Shown: positions 62,079 through 64,000 of the stretch, one piece after another | Layout of the letters: each line of letters opens with the position of its first letter | How positions within the stretch are numbered: the stretch's first letter is position 1 | Assembly: GCA_009379955.1 (NCBI GenBank) | Contig: WHST01000013.1 | Coordinates: 8,941 to 72,940, forward strand | Source of the DNA: Streptosporangiales bacterium | Lineage (GTDB): Bacteria > Actinomycetota > Actinomycetes > Streptosporangiales > WHST01 | Direction: 5' to 3' | DNA length: 64,000 nucleotides | The notes under the pieces: generated by a model | What the model was told of the DNA's origin: nothing | Database searches by the model: none | What the model saw: only the letters and a program-made list of their open reading frames with translations | Position numbers and translations under genes: made by a program

Positions 62079-64000
62079 ATGCGCGGCCGGCTGCTGGAGC
62101 GGGAGACCCATCTCGAGACCCTGTCGGCGGCGGTCGCGGCCGCGCACCTGGGTCGGAGCTCGGCGCTCCTCGTTTCCGGTGAGGCGGGGATCGGCAAGAC
62201 CAGCCTGATCCGCGCGTTCGTCGAGCGGACCCGTACGCGGGTGCTCCTCGGCGGCTGCGACGACCTCCGCACGTCCCGCACGCTCGGACCTCTGCGCGAC
62301 GCCGCGCTCGGCTCCGGCGGGCCGCTGGAGCACGCGCTCACGGCGGGCGCCGGTGGCGACGCGGTCTTCGACGCGGTGGCGACGGAGCTGTCGGGTCCTG
62401 AGCCGACCGTGCTCGTGGTGGAGGACATCCACTGGGCGGACGACGCCACGATCGACGTCCTGCGCTTCCTCGGCCGCAGGCTCGACCGGCTGCGGACGGT
62501 GCTCGTCCTGACGTTCCGCGACGACGCCCTCGATGGCGGACACCCGCTGCGGCACCTGCTGTCCACGGTCGCGCCGGGTCCGGTGTCGCGGCTGGCGCTC
62601 GCTCCGCTGTCGCCCGCGGCGGTGGAGACCCTCGCCGCACACTCCGACTGGTCGGCGGCCGAGCTGTACGAGCTCACCCGCGGCAACCCGTTCTACGTGA
62701 CAGAGGCCGTCGCCACACCCGACGGCGTGGTACCTGCCTCCGTCGTGGACGCCGTCCGGTCGCGGCTCCATCGGCTCGACGCGGCGGGCGTCGCGGTCGT
62801 CGAACAGCTCAGCGTGATCCCGTCGCCCATCGACCTGTCGCTCGCCGACGCCCTCGTCGGCGACCGGTGGGACAGGCTGACGGCCGCGGAGGAGGCGGGC
62901 GTCCTCGAGTTGCGCGAGAGGGCCGGGGGACCCGCGATCGTGTTCCGGCACGAGATCGCCCGCCGGGCCGTCGAGAGCAGCCTGCCGCACACGAGGCGCC
63001 GGTCGCTGAACCGCGCCGTCGTCGACGCGTTGCTCGCCACCGATCGCGAGCCCGACCTGGCGAGGCTCGTCCACCATGCCACCGAGGCCGGAGACGGGAA
63101 CACGCTGCTGCGGTACGCGCCGCTCGCCGGGAGCCAGGCGGCAGTCGCCGGATCGCACCGGCAGGCGCTGGCGCATTTCGAGGGGGCGTTGCCGTACGCC
63201 GACCGGCTCGCCCTCGCGGAACGCGCGGAGCTCGTCGACGCGTACGCGTGGGAGCTGCACATCGCGCACCGCAACGGGGAGGCGGTGCAGGCGGCCTCCG
63301 CGGCGGTGGCGCTGCGCGGTGAGGTCGGCGAGCCCGTTCCACTCGTCGAGACGCTCGTCCGCGAGTCGCGCCTGCTGTACATCGCCGGTGACACCGCGGG
63401 TGCCATGGCCGCGGTAGCACGGGCGATCGAGGTGGCGCGGCCGACCGGCTCGGTCTCGGCCCTCGCGGTGGCCGAGAGCTACCGCGGCGCGATGCTGACC
63501 CTGACGATGGACGCGGAGCAGGCGGTACCCGTCCTCGAGGACGCCCGCCGGCTGGCGGGTGAGGCCGGCCGGACCGACCTCGCCGCCCTGTGCCTCAACT
63601 ACCTCGGCATCGCCCACTGCGATCTCGGTGAGCGGCGTGGTCTGCTGTGCCTCAGGGACAGCCTGGCGATGGCGACGGGGAACGGTGACCACGAATCGAC
63701 GGCCCGTGCGTACACGAACCTGGTGGAGGTGCTCTACCGGTACGGCGACCACGACGAGATGAGCGCCGTACTCGACGACGGCCTCACGTTCATGGCCGAA
63801 CGCGGCTTCTGGTCCCACGCGTACAACCTCGAGGTACACACGGCCCTGCTCCTCACACGGCGCGGAGACCTCACGGGTGCCGAGGAGGGACTGCGAGCGC
63901 TCTTCGAAGGAGTGGACGACCCCGGGATGCTGTACGTCTACAGCGCTCCGGCACTGGGACGACTGCTGGCAAGGCAGGGTGATCCCGAGGCCGGCCCGCT
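62079..64000 (+). CDS. large AAA/STAND ATPase regulator (LuxR/LAL-type N-terminal architecture), 3' end off window
   Basis: The frame is open to the window end and so is not in the ORF track. My translation gives MRGRLLERETHLETLSAAVAAAHLGRSSALLVSGEAGIGKTSLIRAFVE... (Walker A), VLVVEDIHWADDATIDVLRFL (Walker B) and a TPR-like region. The start could be the GTG at 62058 or 62064. The C-terminal HTH is not visible. Confidence 0.7.
   Translation, partial: MRGRLLERETHLETLSAAVAAAHLGRSSALLVSGEAGIGKTSLIRAFVERTRTRVLLGGCDDLRTSRTLGPLRDAALGSGGPLEHALTAGAGGDAVFDAVATELSGPEPTVLVVEDIHWADDATIDVLRFLGRRLDRLRTVLVLTFRDDALDGGHPLRHLLSTVAPGPVSRLALAPLSPAAVETLAAHSDWSAAELYELTRGNPFYVTEAVATPDGVVPASVVDAVRSRLHRLDAAGVAVVEQLSVIPSPIDLSLADALVGDRWDRLTAAEEAGVLELRERAGGPAIVFRHEIARRAVESSLPHTRRRSLNRAVVDALLATDREPDLARLVHHATEAGDGNTLLRYAPLAGSQAAVAGSHRQALAHFEGALPYADRLALAERAELVDAYAWELHIAHRNGEAVQAASAAVALRGEVGEPVPLVETLVRESRLLYIAGDTAGAMAAVARAIEVARPTGSVSALAVAESYRGAMLTLTMDAEQAVPVLEDARRLAGEAGRTDLAALCLNYLGIAHCDLGERRGLLCLRDSLAMATGNGDHESTARAYTNLVEVLYRYGDHDEMSAVLDDGLTFMAERGFWSHAYNLEVHTALLLTRRGDLTGAEEGLRALFEGVDDPGMLYVYSAPALGRLLARQGDPEAGP

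Noticed and set aside
62016-63839. 607-aa minus-strand ORF
   Set aside because: It is antisense to the plus-strand frame that carries clear Walker A/B motifs and stays open to the window end. Its composition is Arg/Gly/Pro-rich.

Overview
High-GC (roughly 70%) actinobacterial chromosomal segment with no rRNA, tRNA, CRISPR, integrase, transposase or phage genes. The backbone is a housekeeping neighbourhood known from Streptomyces and Mycobacterium. In window order it runs holB (1.3-2.4 kb), a fused MFS-tmk (28.7-30.8 kb), topA (40.8-43.5 kb), membrane pyrophosphatase hppA (50.1-52.4 kb), a BldG-like STAS antagonist (54.3-54.7 kb), a DEAH/MrfA-type helicase (54.8-57.2 kb) and Tad/Flp-like pilin genes (59.5-61.2 kb). 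Two accessory blocks interrupt this backbone. They hold three sugar or NitT/TauT-type ABC importers, a TctABC transporter, two LacI regulators and catabolic enzymes, including an AprA/AprB-like flavoprotein-ferredoxin pair, creatininase-family, Gfo/Idh/MocA, cupin, amidohydrolase_2, LVIVD-repeat, M24 and alpha/beta hydrolase proteins. The window starts inside a penicillin-acylase-family gene and ends inside a large AAA/LuxR-type regulator gene. Both are open at the window edge and so are absent from the ORF track. Four signals are not explained by ordinary gene calls: (1) A 114-nt MIRU-like intergenic mini-ORF element occurs twice (6463-6576 minus, 44152-44265 plus). Each copy sits between two co-directional genes, with RTGA stop/start overlaps at both ends and terminal inverted repeats that pair an anti-SD with the downstream SD. 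(2) A roughly 63-nt double-hairpin repeat occurs twice (12761-12846, 30915-31010). (3) A family of LacI-type palindromic operators ties the accessory operons to the two LacI genes. (4) Four single-nucleotide frameshifts disrupt otherwise clear genes between 37.6 and 56.8 kb, which means either gene decay or indel sequencing errors. Most other long ORFs in the track are Arg/Pro/Ala-rich out-of-frame or antisense shadows typical of high-GC DNA and were rejected.
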